A stretch of 64,000 bases of DNA from Candidatus Saccharibacteria bacterium UBA3218 (GCA_002363125.1 DEWE01000009.1:68489-132488), one strand, 5' to 3'; positions 26,833 to 36,954 are shown, counted from the stretch's first letter. Numbers and translations: made by a program. The notes: generated from the letters alone by a model not told the origin.

Positions 26833-27543
26833 ATGTTAAAAACCGAAGAAGAATTACTAAAAAAATTATCAATAGCAGATTTAGAGCGTGCTAACGCCTA
26901 CGCAAAAGATTTAGGACGCGGCCTACAAATAGTTAGGTCGTTTCCGCAAGGCGTAACAATATTTGGTTCGGCGAGATTACCGCAAGATCATAAATATTGT
27001 AAAATGGCTTACGATTTAGGACGTCTACTCGCAGAGAATGGTCACGCTGTTATTACCGGTGGTGGTCCCGGTATTATGGAAGCGGCATCGCATGGGGCAT
27101 ATGAAATTGGTGGTAGAACCATTGGGCTCAATATTACTCTCTCGCACGAACAATTCCCAAATCCATACCTCACGGAATGTTTGACTTTTGAATATTTCTT
27201 TGCCCGCAAGGTATCCCTAGCAATGGCAGCAAAGGTTTTTGTATTTTTCCCAGGCGGTTTCGGTACTATGGATGAAATTTCCGAAATTTTATGTTTAATG
27301 CAGGAAAAAAAGATGCCGAAAATGCCGGTTTTTCTAGTTGGTAAGGCTTTTTGGAAAAATTTTGATAAAAGTATCAAAAAAATGCTGGAATTAAAATTAA
27401 TAGCAGCCGACGATGTAAAAATTTTTAAAATCACAGATGATATAAAAGAAGTAGTAAAAGCTGCTAATAGAATTGGTCATCCAAAAATCTCCGAAAACTT
27501 TTATGACGGTTTTCGTGAGGCCTCAGCTATTAAAATGGGTTAG
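26833..27543 (+). CDS. LOG-family protein (TIGR00730; nucleotide 5'-monophosphate phosphoribohydrolase-like)
   Basis: 236 aa. GGGPGIMEA and PGGFGTMDE motifs. Confidence 0.85.
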   Translation: MLKTEEELLKKLSIADLERANAYAKDLGRGLQIVRSFPQGVTIFGSARLPQDHKYCKMAYDLGRLLAENGHAVITGGGPGIMEAASHGAYEIGGRTIGLNITLSHEQFPNPYLTECLTFEYFFARKVSLAMAAKVFVFFPGGFGTMDEISEILCLMQEKKMPKMPVFLVGKAFWKNFDKSIKKMLELKLIAADDVKIFKITDDIKEVVKAANRIGHPKISENFYDGFREASAIKMG

Positions 27544-28849
27544 CGAGACCCAGTCTAGAATTTGATTCTGCGATACGAATAAGTTCGTTGTATTTTGCAA
27601 TGCGTTCAGAGCGAGAAAGGGAACCGGTCTTAATTTGCTTAGTGCCGAGCCCAACAGCAAGATGAGCAATCGAAACGTCTTCGGTTTCACCAGAGCGATG
27701 CGACATAATGGTATTATAACCGGATCTTTTAGCCAAAAGAACCGCGTCGATAGTTTCCGATAATGTGCCAATTTGATTCGGCTTGATAAGTATTGCATTA
27801 GCAGCTTGCTCATTGATACCGCGCTCTAATAATTTTACATTGGTGACGAATAAATCGTCGCCAACCAACTGAACGCGATCTCCTAAACGCTTGGTCATAA
27901 TTTGCCAATTTTTCCAGTCATTTTCTGCAAGGCCATCCTCGATAGAAACCACTGGATAGTTATCAATAATCCATGTATACCAATTAATTAAGTCTTCAGC
28001 GGTTTTCCAATCACCATTGGTTTTTAATATATATCGCCCGCCGGCAAATGGGCCATCTTTAACATCATCTGACGTATCATAAAATTCACTAGCTGCGATA
28101 TCCATAGCAATAGCAATGTCTTTACCAAAACGATACCCGGCTTTTTCCACTGCATATTTGATGCATTCAAGTGGTTCATTATTGCCGTCGCGAACTTTTG
28201 GCGCGTAACCACCTTCATCACCAACCGTTGTAGGATAGTTGCGTTCTTCTAAGACCTTTTTAAGCGCGTGAAAAACTTCCGCACCTATTTGTACGGCTTC
28301 GGCGATATTGCCGGCGCCAATCGGCATGATCATGTACTCTTGAAAATCTGTTGCCCAGGATGCGTGTTCACCACCATTCATGACATTCATCATCGGCATC
28401 GGAATAGACATTTCATCAATAGTACCAGCAAGCTCGGCTATATATCTATAAAATGGTTGCTTGGTTGCTTTGGCGTTTGCTTTGGCCGTAGCCAAGGAAA
28501 CGGCCAGAATAGCGTTGGCACCGAGACTAGATTTATTTTCTGTACCGTCTAATTCTAACATTAGTTGGTCTACTGCGCGCAAATCAGAAATATTACCAAC
28601 TAAGACATCTTTGATTTTAGAATTTACATTCCAGACTGCCTTTAGAACACTTTTTCCGCCATACCTACTTTTATCGCCATCTCTAAGCTCTAAAGCTTCT
28701 AGGGTACCAGTGGAAGCCCCCGATGGGACTATGGTTCTGCCAGAAGCGCCATTTTCCAAAAAAACCTCCGCTTCTACCGTAGGGTTACCTCTAGAATCTA
28801 AAACTTGTCTTGCTTTGATATCTTTAATTATGAAGTTATCCATAAGCAT
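27530..28849 (-). CDS. eno: Enolase
   Basis: 439 aa. [32 protein letters not shown]. 14-bp convergent overlap with the LOG gene. Confidence 0.97.
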   Translation of the reverse strand: MLMDNFIIKDIKARQVLDSRGNPTVEAEVFLENGASGRTIVPSGASTGTLEALELRDGDKSRYGGKSVLKAVWNVNSKIKDVLVGNISDLRAVDQLMLELDGTENKSSLGANAILAVSLATAKANAKATKQPFYRYIAELAGTIDEMSIPMPMMNVMNGGEHASWATDFQEYMIMPIGAGNIAEAVQIGAEVFHALKKVLEERNYPTTVGDEGGYAPKVRDGNNEPLECIKYAVEKAGYRFGKDIAIAMDIAASEFYDTSDDVKDGPFAGGRYILKTNGDWKTAEDLINWYTWIIDNYPVVSIEDGLAENDWKNWQIMTKRLGDRVQLVGDDLFVTNVKLLERGINEQAANAILIKPNQIGTLSETIDAVLLAKRSGYNTIMSHRSGETEDVSIAHLAVGLGTKQIKTGSLSRSERIAKYNELIRIAESNSRLGLANPF

Positions 28850-28917
28850 ATTATAACAAAGTTTATGTTTTTATGATAAAATAAGCATAAGAGTTATTAA
28901 ATTTGAAAGGATTTTTT

Positions 28918-30327
28918 ATGGATAAAAACTCTGGGGAAACGCCAAATCCCCTCAATCCAGCGTCAGTAGCCATGCCTACTGGAACACCCAATCAGGCGAC
29001 CAATGGCATATCGGCTCAGCCAACGCAAAGCGCCCCAGTAAACGCAGCGAAACCAATCGCTTCAGATCCGACTAATAGACCAATGGAGCAAGTTGTGCCA
29101 GTTGAAAAACCAGCAAAAAAGAAAAAAACTGGTCTTATCATCACTATCATCATGATACTAGTAGCTTTGGTGGCTGGTGGTATTGCAATAGCCATGATGT
29201 TGCTCAATAAAACCGACCCAGTGACCGCGGCTATGAATAAAATTATGAGTGGCAACGCTCCGGAAAATGTAGTGATAGACGGCACAATCAATATTGCCAC
29301 AAATTACGAATATTCCCCAATTTCTAGTTTGAAAATTGACTTAAAATCAAGTGCCAACCCAGGCTCACTTGTAAACGAGTCAAAAGCAATACTGACTGCT
29401 GACATAAAAAGTATTGGCGAATTGTCAGTAGAATTTGATGAAGTTTATGCTGGGGACGGAGATTTATATTTTAAGATTGATGGTGTAAAAGATGCATTGC
29501 AACAATCTGGCTTACTCTATATGTTGAATCTTTCTAGTCAGCTATCCCAGTCATCCACTGTAGTAGATTGCGGTGAGGATGAATACTGCCAAACCGACGA
29601 ATTGCAAAGTTTAACACTAGGCAATAATCTTAATACTAATTATCCAGTCCTAGAAGATAATATGTTGATTCTAGATAACGGTGGGCAAAATATGCTGATA
29701 GAGAATAATCTATCTTATCTTGGATCTTTAATAAATAATATAGAAGTGATAGATGGCGAGTGGATAAGAATTTCTATCAGCGAACTAAAAGTAAATCCTT
29801 ATATGACTGTCGCTGGTAGCGATATAAGCTGCATAACAAACTTAGTGAGCAAGACTGACACTGGCAGCAATAGCGCAGCAGATCTTTATAAGAAAAATCC
29901 TTTCATTACATCTACAGACAAAAATATAACCTTAGCCAGCAAGAAAAATACTGTATATAAAGTTAGTATTGATAGCAAAAATCTTGCAAACTTTATAAAT
30001 TCCATTCAAAATTCAAACATTTCTGGGGATGTTTATTCTTGCTTGAATTTGGATAATACCTTAAAAGTTGATACTAACGATCTTGAAGAAAAATTTAGCG
30101 TCATGCCAGACATCTATACCGAGATAGATAAAGATAATAATTTCACAAGACTCTATCTGGAATCTAACCTTGAAGATGAGTTAAGTATAACAATTGATCT
30201 TAATTTCTCTTATCCTGCCAACATTGATGTTGCGGAACCAGATGAATACGTAGATTTCTCTAGTGTGTTCTCAGAGATTTTGTCGAGTATGTTCATCTTG
30301 CCAGTTGACAATTACACCGAACTGTGA
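28918..30327 (+). CDS. Hypothetical membrane-anchored extracytoplasmic protein
   Basis: ORF from TTG 28903; ATG 28918 preferred (aaagga RBS). Pro/Ala/Thr-rich N-terminus. TM LIITIIMILVALVAGGIAIAMMLL. No family recognised. Confidence 0.55.
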   Translation: MDKNSGETPNPLNPASVAMPTGTPNQATNGISAQPTQSAPVNAAKPIASDPTNRPMEQVVPVEKPAKKKKTGLIITIIMILVALVAGGIAIAMMLLNKTDPVTAAMNKIMSGNAPENVVIDGTINIATNYEYSPISSLKIDLKSSANPGSLVNESKAILTADIKSIGELSVEFDEVYAGDGDLYFKIDGVKDALQQSGLLYMLNLSSQLSQSSTVVDCGEDEYCQTDELQSLTLGNNLNTNYPVLEDNMLILDNGGQNMLIENNLSYLGSLINNIEVIDGEWIRISISELKVNPYMTVAGSDISCITNLVSKTDTGSNSAADLYKKNPFITSTDKNITLASKKNTVYKVSIDSKNLANFINSIQNSNISGDVYSCLNLDNTLKVDTNDLEEKFSVMPDIYTEIDKDNNFTRLYLESNLEDELSITIDLNFSYPANIDVAEPDEYVDFSSVFSEILSSMFILPVDNYTEL

Positions 30328-30333
30328 TATAAT
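30305..30333 (+). promoter_or_regulatory. Consensus promoter TTGACA-17-TGaTATAAT, 6 nt upstream of the uvrC ATG (leaderless)
   Basis: ttgaca at 30305-30310, 17-nt spacer, tataat at 30328-33, ATG at 30340. Embedded in the 3' end of the upstream gene. Confidence 0.65.
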
Positions 30334-30339
30334 TAAAAG

Positions 30340-31719
30340 ATGGATGAGGCTTTAAAACAAAAACTTGATAAACTCCCGGTGGCTCCGGGGGTTTATTTTC
30401 ATAAAAATGCGACTGGGGAAATAATTTACGTTGGTAAGGCCGCGGTACTCAAAAATCGTGTGAGGCAATATTTCCAAAAATCGCAAAAGGATATAAAGAC
30501 TGAGGCTTTGGTGAAAGAAATTGCCGACACTGACTGGATAGTAGTAGACACAGAAATGGATGCTTTGTTTTTGGAGTCCGAAATGATCAAACGGTATATG
30601 CCAAAGTGGAATATTTTGCTCCGTGACGACAAGACAGTTTCATACGTCAGGATAAATATGAATGATGAAGTGCCATATGTATCTTTTACGAGAAACCCGG
30701 TAGATGACAAGGCTACCTACATTGGTCCATTTTATGGAAAAACTGCAGTAGAAAAGGCGGTGAGGATCCTAAGAAGAATTTTTCCTTACTACGACAAGCC
30801 ATATACTGGCAAAAAAACTTTAAACACAGACCTAGGACTGACACCTGGAATAGAAGTAGGAAAGAGTACCCCAAAAGATTATAAAAGAAATTTGCGTAAA
30901 TTGATTAGCTATCTCGGAGGAAATCGCGAGAAATTACTTAAAGAATTAGAAAAAAGTATGCATGACTCAGCATCGCGCGGTGATTATGAACTGGCAGCTG
31001 AGGCTCGCAACCAACTTTTTGGCCTGAAAGAATTAAAAAAGAAGATTGTCTTTTCCAATAAAGAATTCATGGATATTTCTTCTGATCAGGCGCTGAAACA
31101 ATTACAGAATTTGCTAAATCTCGAGAAGCCACCACGCAGAATAGAAGGGTATGATATTTCACATCAATCTGGCACTAACACCGTTGGGAGTATGGTGGTA
31201 TTCGTTAATGGGGCCTCCGCCAGAAACGAATACCGTAAATTCAAAATCCGTACTAGTACAAACGACGATTTGAAAAGTATGCAAGAAATAATCTCGCGTC
31301 GTCTAAAACATAAAGAGTGGGAATATCCAGATTTGATAATTCTAGATGGCGGAACTACACAAGTCAACGCAATTTTGCCACTCCTTGAGCCATACGGCAT
31401 ACCGGTGATTGGTCGTGATAAATCTGGTGATCATTCACATAACGCAAGGGTTGAGTTGGTATTTCAAGACTATCGAGTTCTCGGGCCGCGTCCGTCCGGC
31501 CCGTTTGCCTCCGGCAATTCGCGTCCCAAGGGGCGAGCGCCACGGGCGGACGGCGCTATCTCTCGCGCTGCCGCGCTCCGAAATACCCGAGAACTTCGAT
31601 GTCTTGAATTACCATCTAGCTCTCATATTGCGAGATTAATCGCAAGGATAGACGAAGAAAGTCATCGTTTTGCAGTTACGTATCACACTTTACTCAAGCG
31701 TAGAAATATGCTAAAGTAG
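30340..31719 (+). CDS. uvrC: Excinuclease ABC subunit C lacking the C-terminal (HhH)2 domain; in-frame palindromic insert
   Basis: 459 aa. GIY-YIG GVYFHKNATGEIIYVGKA. UVR GDYELAAEARNQLFGL. Endonuclease domain RIEGYDISH...LIILDGG...IDEESHRFAVTYH. Ends about 10 residues later. Insert encodes LGPRPSGPFASGNSRPKGRAPRADGAISRAAALRNTRE. Confidence 0.85.
   Translation: MDEALKQKLDKLPVAPGVYFHKNATGEIIYVGKAAVLKNRVRQYFQKSQKDIKTEALVKEIADTDWIVVDTEMDALFLESEMIKRYMPKWNILLRDDKTVSYVRINMNDEVPYVSFTRNPVDDKATYIGPFYGKTAVEKAVRILRRIFPYYDKPYTGKKTLNTDLGLTPGIEVGKSTPKDYKRNLRKLISYLGGNREKLLKELEKSMHDSASRGDYELAAEARNQLFGLKELKKKIVFSNKEFMDISSDQALKQLQNLLNLEKPPRRIEGYDISHQSGTNTVGSMVVFVNGASARNEYRKFKIRTSTNDDLKSMQEIISRRLKHKEWEYPDLIILDGGTTQVNAILPLLEPYGIPVIGRDKSGDHSHNARVELVFQDYRVLGPRPSGPFASGNSRPKGRAPRADGAISRAAALRNTRELRCLELPSSSHIARLIARIDEESHRFAVTYHTLLKRRNMLK
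31463..31608. repeat. GC-rich palindromic mini-element, family 1, inside uvrC
   Basis: Arms ttcaagactatcgagttctcggg / cccgagaacttcgatgtcttgaa. Core differs from the trmD copy by about 5 substitutions and 2 single-base indels, counted by eye. Confidence 0.85.
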
Positions 31720-31735
31720 ATGCAGGAGTTATTTT

Positions 31736-31963
31736 ATGCAATTAGGAAGTTTCTTAGAAATTGTTACATTCGTTTCAGCAGTCCTTACGATCCTTTTGAT
31801 TTTACTACAACAACGTGGTGCATCTCTTGGGGCTGGTTTCGGTAGCTCTGGTGAGCTTTATACTACCAGAAGGGGCCTAGAAAAATCATTATTTATTACC
31901 ACTATAGTTTTTGCAGTGATATTTGTATTATCTATTTTGGGGCTATTATTAATTCCGGCATAA
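31736..31963 (+). CDS. secG: Preprotein translocase subunit SecG
   Basis: 75 aa. LLILLQQRGASLGAGFGSSGELYTTRRG and two TM segments. Confidence 0.8.
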   Translation: MQLGSFLEIVTFVSAVLTILLILLQQRGASLGAGFGSSGELYTTRRGLEKSLFITTIVFAVIFVLSILGLLLIPA

Positions 31964-31964
31964 T

Positions 31965-33701
31965 ATGAAAAAATCTCTTAAAAAGCGTGGGCAAAAGTTC
32001 TTAGTAAAATTTTCGCGTGCTACTGACAGGGCTAGCGAAGAAAGCAAAGAGCATATTAAAGAAAATTTTATTGGGCGATTGTCACATGTTAGAAATATTC
32101 GCCTGCTAGTTTTGGAATGGGGTCTTTTGGTGTTTGCTTTGATTATGCTAGCCGTCACCCAAGCGTTATGGTTTGGAGATTCCTACACTGAAGATAGCTT
32201 TGGCTCTGGTGGAACATATATGGAGGCCACGGTCGGCGACGTTAATTCTCTGAACCCGCTTTTTGCTACCACAAATAGCGAGAAGGTACTCAGCCGTTTG
32301 ATGTTTGCAACAATTTCAACGGTAGATTTCTCTGGGCATCCTGGTCTTGGTCTGGCCGAGTCAATCGTGCCAAGTGAAAATGGGAAAGTTTGGACTATGA
32401 AGCTTAGAGAGAACTTAAAATGGTCGGACGGCGAGCCGATTACGAACGCAGATGTTATATTTACTATCGAGTTAATTAAAAACTCCGCCGTAAATTCTGT
32501 CTACAATTCAAATTTAGCCAATGTAAAAGTATCCGAAACCGAAAACGGAGAAATTGTTTTTACTTTGTCTTCTGCCTATGCTGATTTTATTTCCGCGCTC
32601 AATATTCCTATACTACCAAAACACAAATTAGAGAATGTCGATCCAAAAACTTTAATAGAAGATAATTTTTCTAACGCGCCGGTAACTTCTGGTGCTTTTA
32701 CTTTTAACGCCATGCAAACTACATCCACTACAACTGAGAAAGTTTATTATCTCTCGGCAAACCAATATTATTACAAGGGAATCAGTCTTCTTAATAGCTT
32801 TGCCGTACATACTTATAAAGATAAAGATGCTGTGATTAGTGCTCTAAATACTGGTTCAATAACAGCTACAGCAGAACTAACTGGCGCCGACAAAGATAAA
32901 GTTTTATCCAAACAGTTTATTGAAAAAGATTCTAGTATAAATTCCGGGTGCTATATTTTCTTTAACACCACAAACGAAAGTATAAAAAATGTGGAAATGC
33001 GCTCGGCGATCCGTCGGGGAATAAATCTTGAAAAACTTCGCGCAGTGGCACCAAATACTATACCACTAAATTATCCATTACTGGAATCTCAAATTACTCT
33101 GTCGAGTTATCCTGAAATACCGAGTGAAAATTACGACGAAGCAAAAGCAAAAATAGCTGAACTAAAAGGTGATACAAATCCAAAATTAGAGATCGCGACG
33201 ATAAATTATGGGTTTCTACCTGATGTAGCCACGGAACTGACAAACGAATTGCAGGATTTAGGCTTTGAGACAAATTTATCTATCTATGAAGAAAATCAAG
33301 ATTTTATTAATAATGTAATTTCAAAAAGAGCCTACGATATTTTGGTTTATGAAATAGAGCTCGGAGCGGACCCAGATCTTTTGCCATATTATCATTCGTC
33401 CCAAGCTTCCAGTACTGGCCTGAATTTATCTAATTATCGTAATAGCTTGATGGATGATTTGTTGCTTGGGGCGCGAGACACCTTGGACGAAACTCTCAGA
33501 GCAAAAAAATATGAAAGTTTCTTGAAATATTGGGTAAGTAACGTTCCGGCGATTGGGTTATACCAGCCAAATCTAACATATTTTTACAATCGCAATGTCA
33601 AGACCTTTGGTAACAACGTAAAATTGGTTACTGCTTTGGATCGTTTTACCGACATCACCGATTGGGCGGTAGTAAAAACTATAAAAAATAAAACCCCATA
33701 A
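31965..33701 (+). CDS. Membrane-anchored ABC-type solute-binding protein, family 5 (peptide/Opp-Dpp-like)
   Basis: 578 aa. N-terminal TM. SBP_bac_5-like LNPLFATTNSEKVLSRLMF and WSDGEPITNADVIFT. No permease or ATPase genes adjacent. Confidence 0.75.
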   Translation: MKKSLKKRGQKFLVKFSRATDRASEESKEHIKENFIGRLSHVRNIRLLVLEWGLLVFALIMLAVTQALWFGDSYTEDSFGSGGTYMEATVGDVNSLNPLFATTNSEKVLSRLMFATISTVDFSGHPGLGLAESIVPSENGKVWTMKLRENLKWSDGEPITNADVIFTIELIKNSAVNSVYNSNLANVKVSETENGEIVFTLSSAYADFISALNIPILPKHKLENVDPKTLIEDNFSNAPVTSGAFTFNAMQTTSTTTEKVYYLSANQYYYKGISLLNSFAVHTYKDKDAVISALNTGSITATAELTGADKDKVLSKQFIEKDSSINSGCYIFFNTTNESIKNVEMRSAIRRGINLEKLRAVAPNTIPLNYPLLESQITLSSYPEIPSENYDEAKAKIAELKGDTNPKLEIATINYGFLPDVATELTNELQDLGFETNLSIYEENQDFINNVISKRAYDILVYEIELGADPDLLPYYHSSQASSTGLNLSNYRNSLMDDLLLGARDTLDETLRAKKYESFLKYWVSNVPAIGLYQPNLTYFYNRNVKTFGNNVKLVTALDRFTDITDWAVVKTIKNKTP

Positions 33702-33720
33702 AAATTCATCTATTTTTAAT

Positions 33721-34251
33721 ATGAAAAGTATTTATGTTCTGCGGCACGGACAAACGAACTGGAATCTTGAATGTCGCCGACGGGGACGAATGGATATTGA
33801 ATTGAATGAAACCGGTATTGAGCAGGCTGGTATTATGAAAGAGAAATTAGCCGATATCTCTTTTGATATTTGCTACTCTTCGCCACTCAAGAGAGCTGCA
33901 GAAACTGCAGAAATCATCTGCGACGATAAAATTCCTATTATCTATGATGGATTACTAGTGGAGAGATGCTTTGGTAAAACTGAGGGTACAGTACAAGATA
34001 ATTTGCCTCATGTGGGTGAGTTTGTCTTTGGTAAAAAATACGACGACAATATTGAACCATGGGAAGATGTGTTAGCGCGTGCAAAGAAATTCCTAGAAAA
34101 GATAAAAAATGTTGATGCCAAGAATATATTAGTAGTAAGTCATGGTGTATTCTTAAAAGCGCTTCATTTTGTAATTATTGGATATGATGAAAATACAGAT
34201 TTTCTAAGCTGGCATTTGGAGAATTGTGAGATTAAGAAATATACTATATAA
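33721..34251 (+). CDS. Histidine phosphatase family protein (phosphoglycerate mutase-like)
   Basis: 176 aa. YVLRHGQTNWN catalytic RHG motif; VVSHG. Confidence 0.8.
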   Translation: MKSIYVLRHGQTNWNLECRRRGRMDIELNETGIEQAGIMKEKLADISFDICYSSPLKRAAETAEIICDDKIPIIYDGLLVERCFGKTEGTVQDNLPHVGEFVFGKKYDDNIEPWEDVLARAKKFLEKIKNVDAKNILVVSHGVFLKALHFVIIGYDENTDFLSWHLENCEIKKYTI

Positions 34252-34255
34252 AAAT

Positions 34256-34279
34256 AATGCCCTTTGGGCATTCTTTTTT
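34256..34279 (+). terminator. Rho-independent terminator
   Basis: aatgccc-tttg-ggcatt followed by ctttttt. Confidence 0.7.
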
Positions 34280-34284
34280 ATCAG

Positions 34285-34375
34285 TGGTGCGCGCGACTGG
34301 ACTCGAACCAGCACAGCCGTAAATGTGGCCACTACCACCTCAAGGTAGCGTGTCTACCAATTCCACCACGCGCGC
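34285..34375 (-). tRNA. tRNA-Leu (anticodon GAG), long variable arm, CCA encoded
   Basis: Reverse complement is GCGCGCG-TG-GTGGAATTGGTAGACAC-G-CTACC-TT GAG GT-GGTAG-variable arm-CTGGTTCGAGTCCAG-TCGCGCGC-ACCA. Confidence 0.9.
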
Positions 34376-34475
34376 AAAATTGATATATTTTTATTATAAC
34401 ATATTTTCACATTTTAAGATATTTTTTATTAATCTACTTAGGCTTATGGTATAATAAATAGGAATAAGGAGGTAA

Positions 34476-35513
34476 ATGAAAAAGAGGTTTTTAATTTTCG
34501 TAGTTCTATTGATGGCTATGGCTACTTTGGCGGTAAGTCTTGTTTTTACAAACCCGACAAAGGCAGAAGAACAAGCTGAATCTAACGAGTCTACAGTCGT
34601 TGGCACTAGGATCAGCATCACCCCAACAATGGATTTTTTCAAGCAACTCGATGCCAATTCGGTTTACGAAAGCGTCCTAAGTGTTACAAACGACGGCAGT
34701 GAACCTATAAACTTTGAAGTTTATGCGGCGCCTTATTCTTATATATATTCCGAAGAAAATAACAGCTATTCTCTCGGTTTTAGTAAAGAAAATAATTATA
34801 CTCAAATTACTCACTGGATCAGCATCAAAGATAAAAATGGTAATTATGTAGAGAGACCAACTTTTACTGCTAATCCTGGAGAGACCATAGATGTATCTTA
34901 TAAGGTAAGCACGCCAGATAGTATACCGAGTGGTGGACAATATGCAGTACTTTTTGCCCATACCATATCCAATACTGGTGGCATAAGGGCTGAGGCTAGC
35001 CCTGGCATGGTAATATATGGTAGATCTAATGGCGAAACTATTATTTCATCAGAGATATCAGATATGAAAATCTCTCAAACGATAGAAAAAGAAGCTTCCG
35101 TAGAAGAGAACGGCAAAACTCTAAGAAAAAAGACCGTATTTAACCATATTAATGCCTCTGCAAAAGTTAAAAACACCGGAAATCTAGATTTTAACGCGGT
35201 CGGGACGCTAAAGGTTGAGGGAATATTTGGCGGAGAATATTATACAACTCCAGAAAATAAATCAAGAATATCAGTGATACCAGAGGCGGAGTTGATCTTG
35301 TCAGACGAATGGGAGGAGACACCAGCATTTGGTTTTTATAAAGCCACTTGGACGGTAGAAACAATAGATAATACAGAGACTATTGAGATGGTCGTGTGCT
35401 TAATACCGCCTTCGGTGATTATTATTAGCATAATCTTGTTGACAATATTAGTGGCTAGCATTATAATATTAGCGAGGAAACGTAAAGAACGGCGCTCTAG
35501 GTTCTCTGTCTAG
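34476..35513 (+). CDS. Secreted cell-surface protein with signal peptide and C-terminal TM anchor (DUF916/DUF3324-like architecture, tentative)
   Basis: 345 aa. TGgTATAAT plus aaggagg upstream. Signal peptide FLIFVVLLMAMATLAVSLVFT. C-terminal TM VIIISIILLTILVASIIILA followed by RKRKERR. Confidence 0.55.
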   Translation: MKKRFLIFVVLLMAMATLAVSLVFTNPTKAEEQAESNESTVVGTRISITPTMDFFKQLDANSVYESVLSVTNDGSEPINFEVYAAPYSYIYSEENNSYSLGFSKENNYTQITHWISIKDKNGNYVERPTFTANPGETIDVSYKVSTPDSIPSGGQYAVLFAHTISNTGGIRAEASPGMVIYGRSNGETIISSEISDMKISQTIEKEASVEENGKTLRKKTVFNHINASAKVKNTGNLDFNAVGTLKVEGIFGGEYYTTPENKSRISVIPEAELILSDEWEETPAFGFYKATWTVETIDNTETIEMVVCLIPPSVIIISIILLTILVASIIILARKRKERRSRFSV

Positions 35514-35541
35514 AGTAGTTTAAAAATAAAAAAGAAAAATT

Positions 35542-36492
35542 ATGAAAGAAACAAAAAGGACAAAAAAACGAATTTTAGGATTACTAGGTTTGGTTCTAGT
35601 GATCGTAGCAACTATCTTTGCAGCATTTTTACCAGAGCCTGAAGCCTCGGCGATAGATGGTGCTTATTCATCGATGGATACCATTTTGGTGCGAGTAGTG
35701 GGCGATGTGCCGAATGTGCAATTCACTAGTCCTGAAAATGATTCAATCTTTATAACTCCAAATCAGACGTTAAGTCTCAATTATGAAAACGTGAGCACCG
35801 CAACAGTGCAAGTAACATATAAAGACAAGAGTGATATGACCTATAGCTGTATGATTGATATGGCTTATGTTGATTATAAACCTGGTAGTTTAAGTTACGA
35901 TTTGAATCTTTTTGAACCAGACTTAGGACAATCTTGTGAAGGTGGCCCATATATTAATGGTGGGTATGGTGAATACTTAGTAGATGTGTCTGGCGAAGGC
36001 TACGGTGTAGATAATGTTGCTCAAGATCTCGTGAAATTCTACTTTTATCCAGTTTATGGAGAAGCAGAAGAAGACGAGTCTGACGGATTAATATATCTAG
36101 ATCTCCATTATGACACCCAAAGCGATAATATAGCCAACATAAAAATCAATATCTACGACGAAGACGGTAACTTAGTTAGCGAGATGTCACAAATTGGTGT
36201 TACGCCACCAAATACCAGAGCAGAACTACCGTTTTCCGAAAAAGGTATGCCGACGGGGAATTATAAGATCGAAATTATAGCCTATGGTGAAGATGGTGAA
36301 GCTCTTTACAAACCTTATTATACAAACGTATATTATGAAGCGATTCCAGCTCCGGATACTGGTGCGTTCTTTAGAAATTTAGGCATTTCTAAAGCTGATT
36401 ATATAATCACTGCGTTAGCAATATTCTTGATAGTTGCCGTGCTCGGTATTGTATTTGTGGCCAAAGGCAGGAAAGAAAACTCAAAGAAATAA
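35542..36492 (+). CDS. Hypothetical cell-surface protein with N-terminal signal-anchor and C-terminal (A)PDTG + TM + basic tail
   Basis: 316 aa. ILGLLGLVLVIVATIFAAF. C-terminus IPAPDTGAFFRNLGISKADYIITALAIFLIVAVLGIVFVAKGRKENSKK. Confidence 0.5.
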   Translation: MKETKRTKKRILGLLGLVLVIVATIFAAFLPEPEASAIDGAYSSMDTILVRVVGDVPNVQFTSPENDSIFITPNQTLSLNYENVSTATVQVTYKDKSDMTYSCMIDMAYVDYKPGSLSYDLNLFEPDLGQSCEGGPYINGGYGEYLVDVSGEGYGVDNVAQDLVKFYFYPVYGEAEEDESDGLIYLDLHYDTQSDNIANIKINIYDEDGNLVSEMSQIGVTPPNTRAELPFSEKGMPTGNYKIEIIAYGEDGEALYKPYYTNVYYEAIPAPDTGAFFRNLGISKADYIITALAIFLIVAVLGIVFVAKGRKENSKK

Positions 36493-36503
36493 TTGTTGGA
36501 TAT

Positions 36504-36542
36504 AAAAATGGGCGCTCAATACTGCGAGGGCGCCCATTTTTT
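36504..36542. terminator. Bidirectional rho-independent terminator between convergent genes
   Basis: aaaaatgggcgc...gcgcccatttttt, with an A-run on one side and a T-run on the other. Confidence 0.75.
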
Positions 36543-36551
36543 GTTGGTAAA

Positions 36552-36884
36552 TTATTTGTCTTCTGACTTTGATTTTTTCTCGGCTTCTTTAGCAGCTTTT
36601 TTGGCTTTGTTTTCTAAGGCCTCTTTCATCTTGGCGGCCTTGGCAGCGCGAGCCTTAAAGCGATCCACACGACCTTCGGTATCAATAATCTTTTCTTCGC
36701 CAGTGAAGAATGGATGAGAAGCTGAAGATATCTGGACTTTTACTAATGGGTATTCTTTACCATCTTCCCATTTGATGGTTTCTTCGCTCTTCGCTGTAGA
36801 TTTGGTGAGGAACGAAAAATTCGCGGCTTCGTCCATAAAGACGACATCACGATAATCTTTAGGGTGTAATTCTGTTTTACTCAT
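36552..36884 (-). CDS. rpmE: 50S ribosomal protein L31, type B (no CxxC), with Lys/Ala-rich C-terminal extension
   Basis: 110 aa. [13 protein letters not shown]...[24 protein letters not shown]. Confidence 0.9.
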   Translation of the reverse strand: MSKTELHPKDYRDVVFMDEAANFSFLTKSTAKSEETIKWEDGKEYPLVKVQISSASHPFFTGEEKIIDTEGRVDRFKARAAKAAKMKEALENKAKKAAKEAEKKSKSEDK

Positions 36885-36921
36885 AATTATTTGTCATTAT
36901 ATCAGATTTTTGAAAAACTGT

Positions 36922-36949
36922 AAAGAAAAAGGGAGGCATTAAGCCTCCC
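36922..36949 (-). terminator. Rho-independent terminator after the 36955-37287 ORF
   Basis: Minus strand reads gggaggcttaatgcctccc followed by tttttcttt. Confidence 0.7.
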
Positions 36950-36954
36950 GCGAG

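Noticed and set aside
36493-36717. 74-aa plus-strand ORF antisense to rpmE
   Set aside because: It starts inside the bidirectional terminator and mirrors the Lys/Ala-rich L31 tail. L31 on the minus strand is unambiguous.
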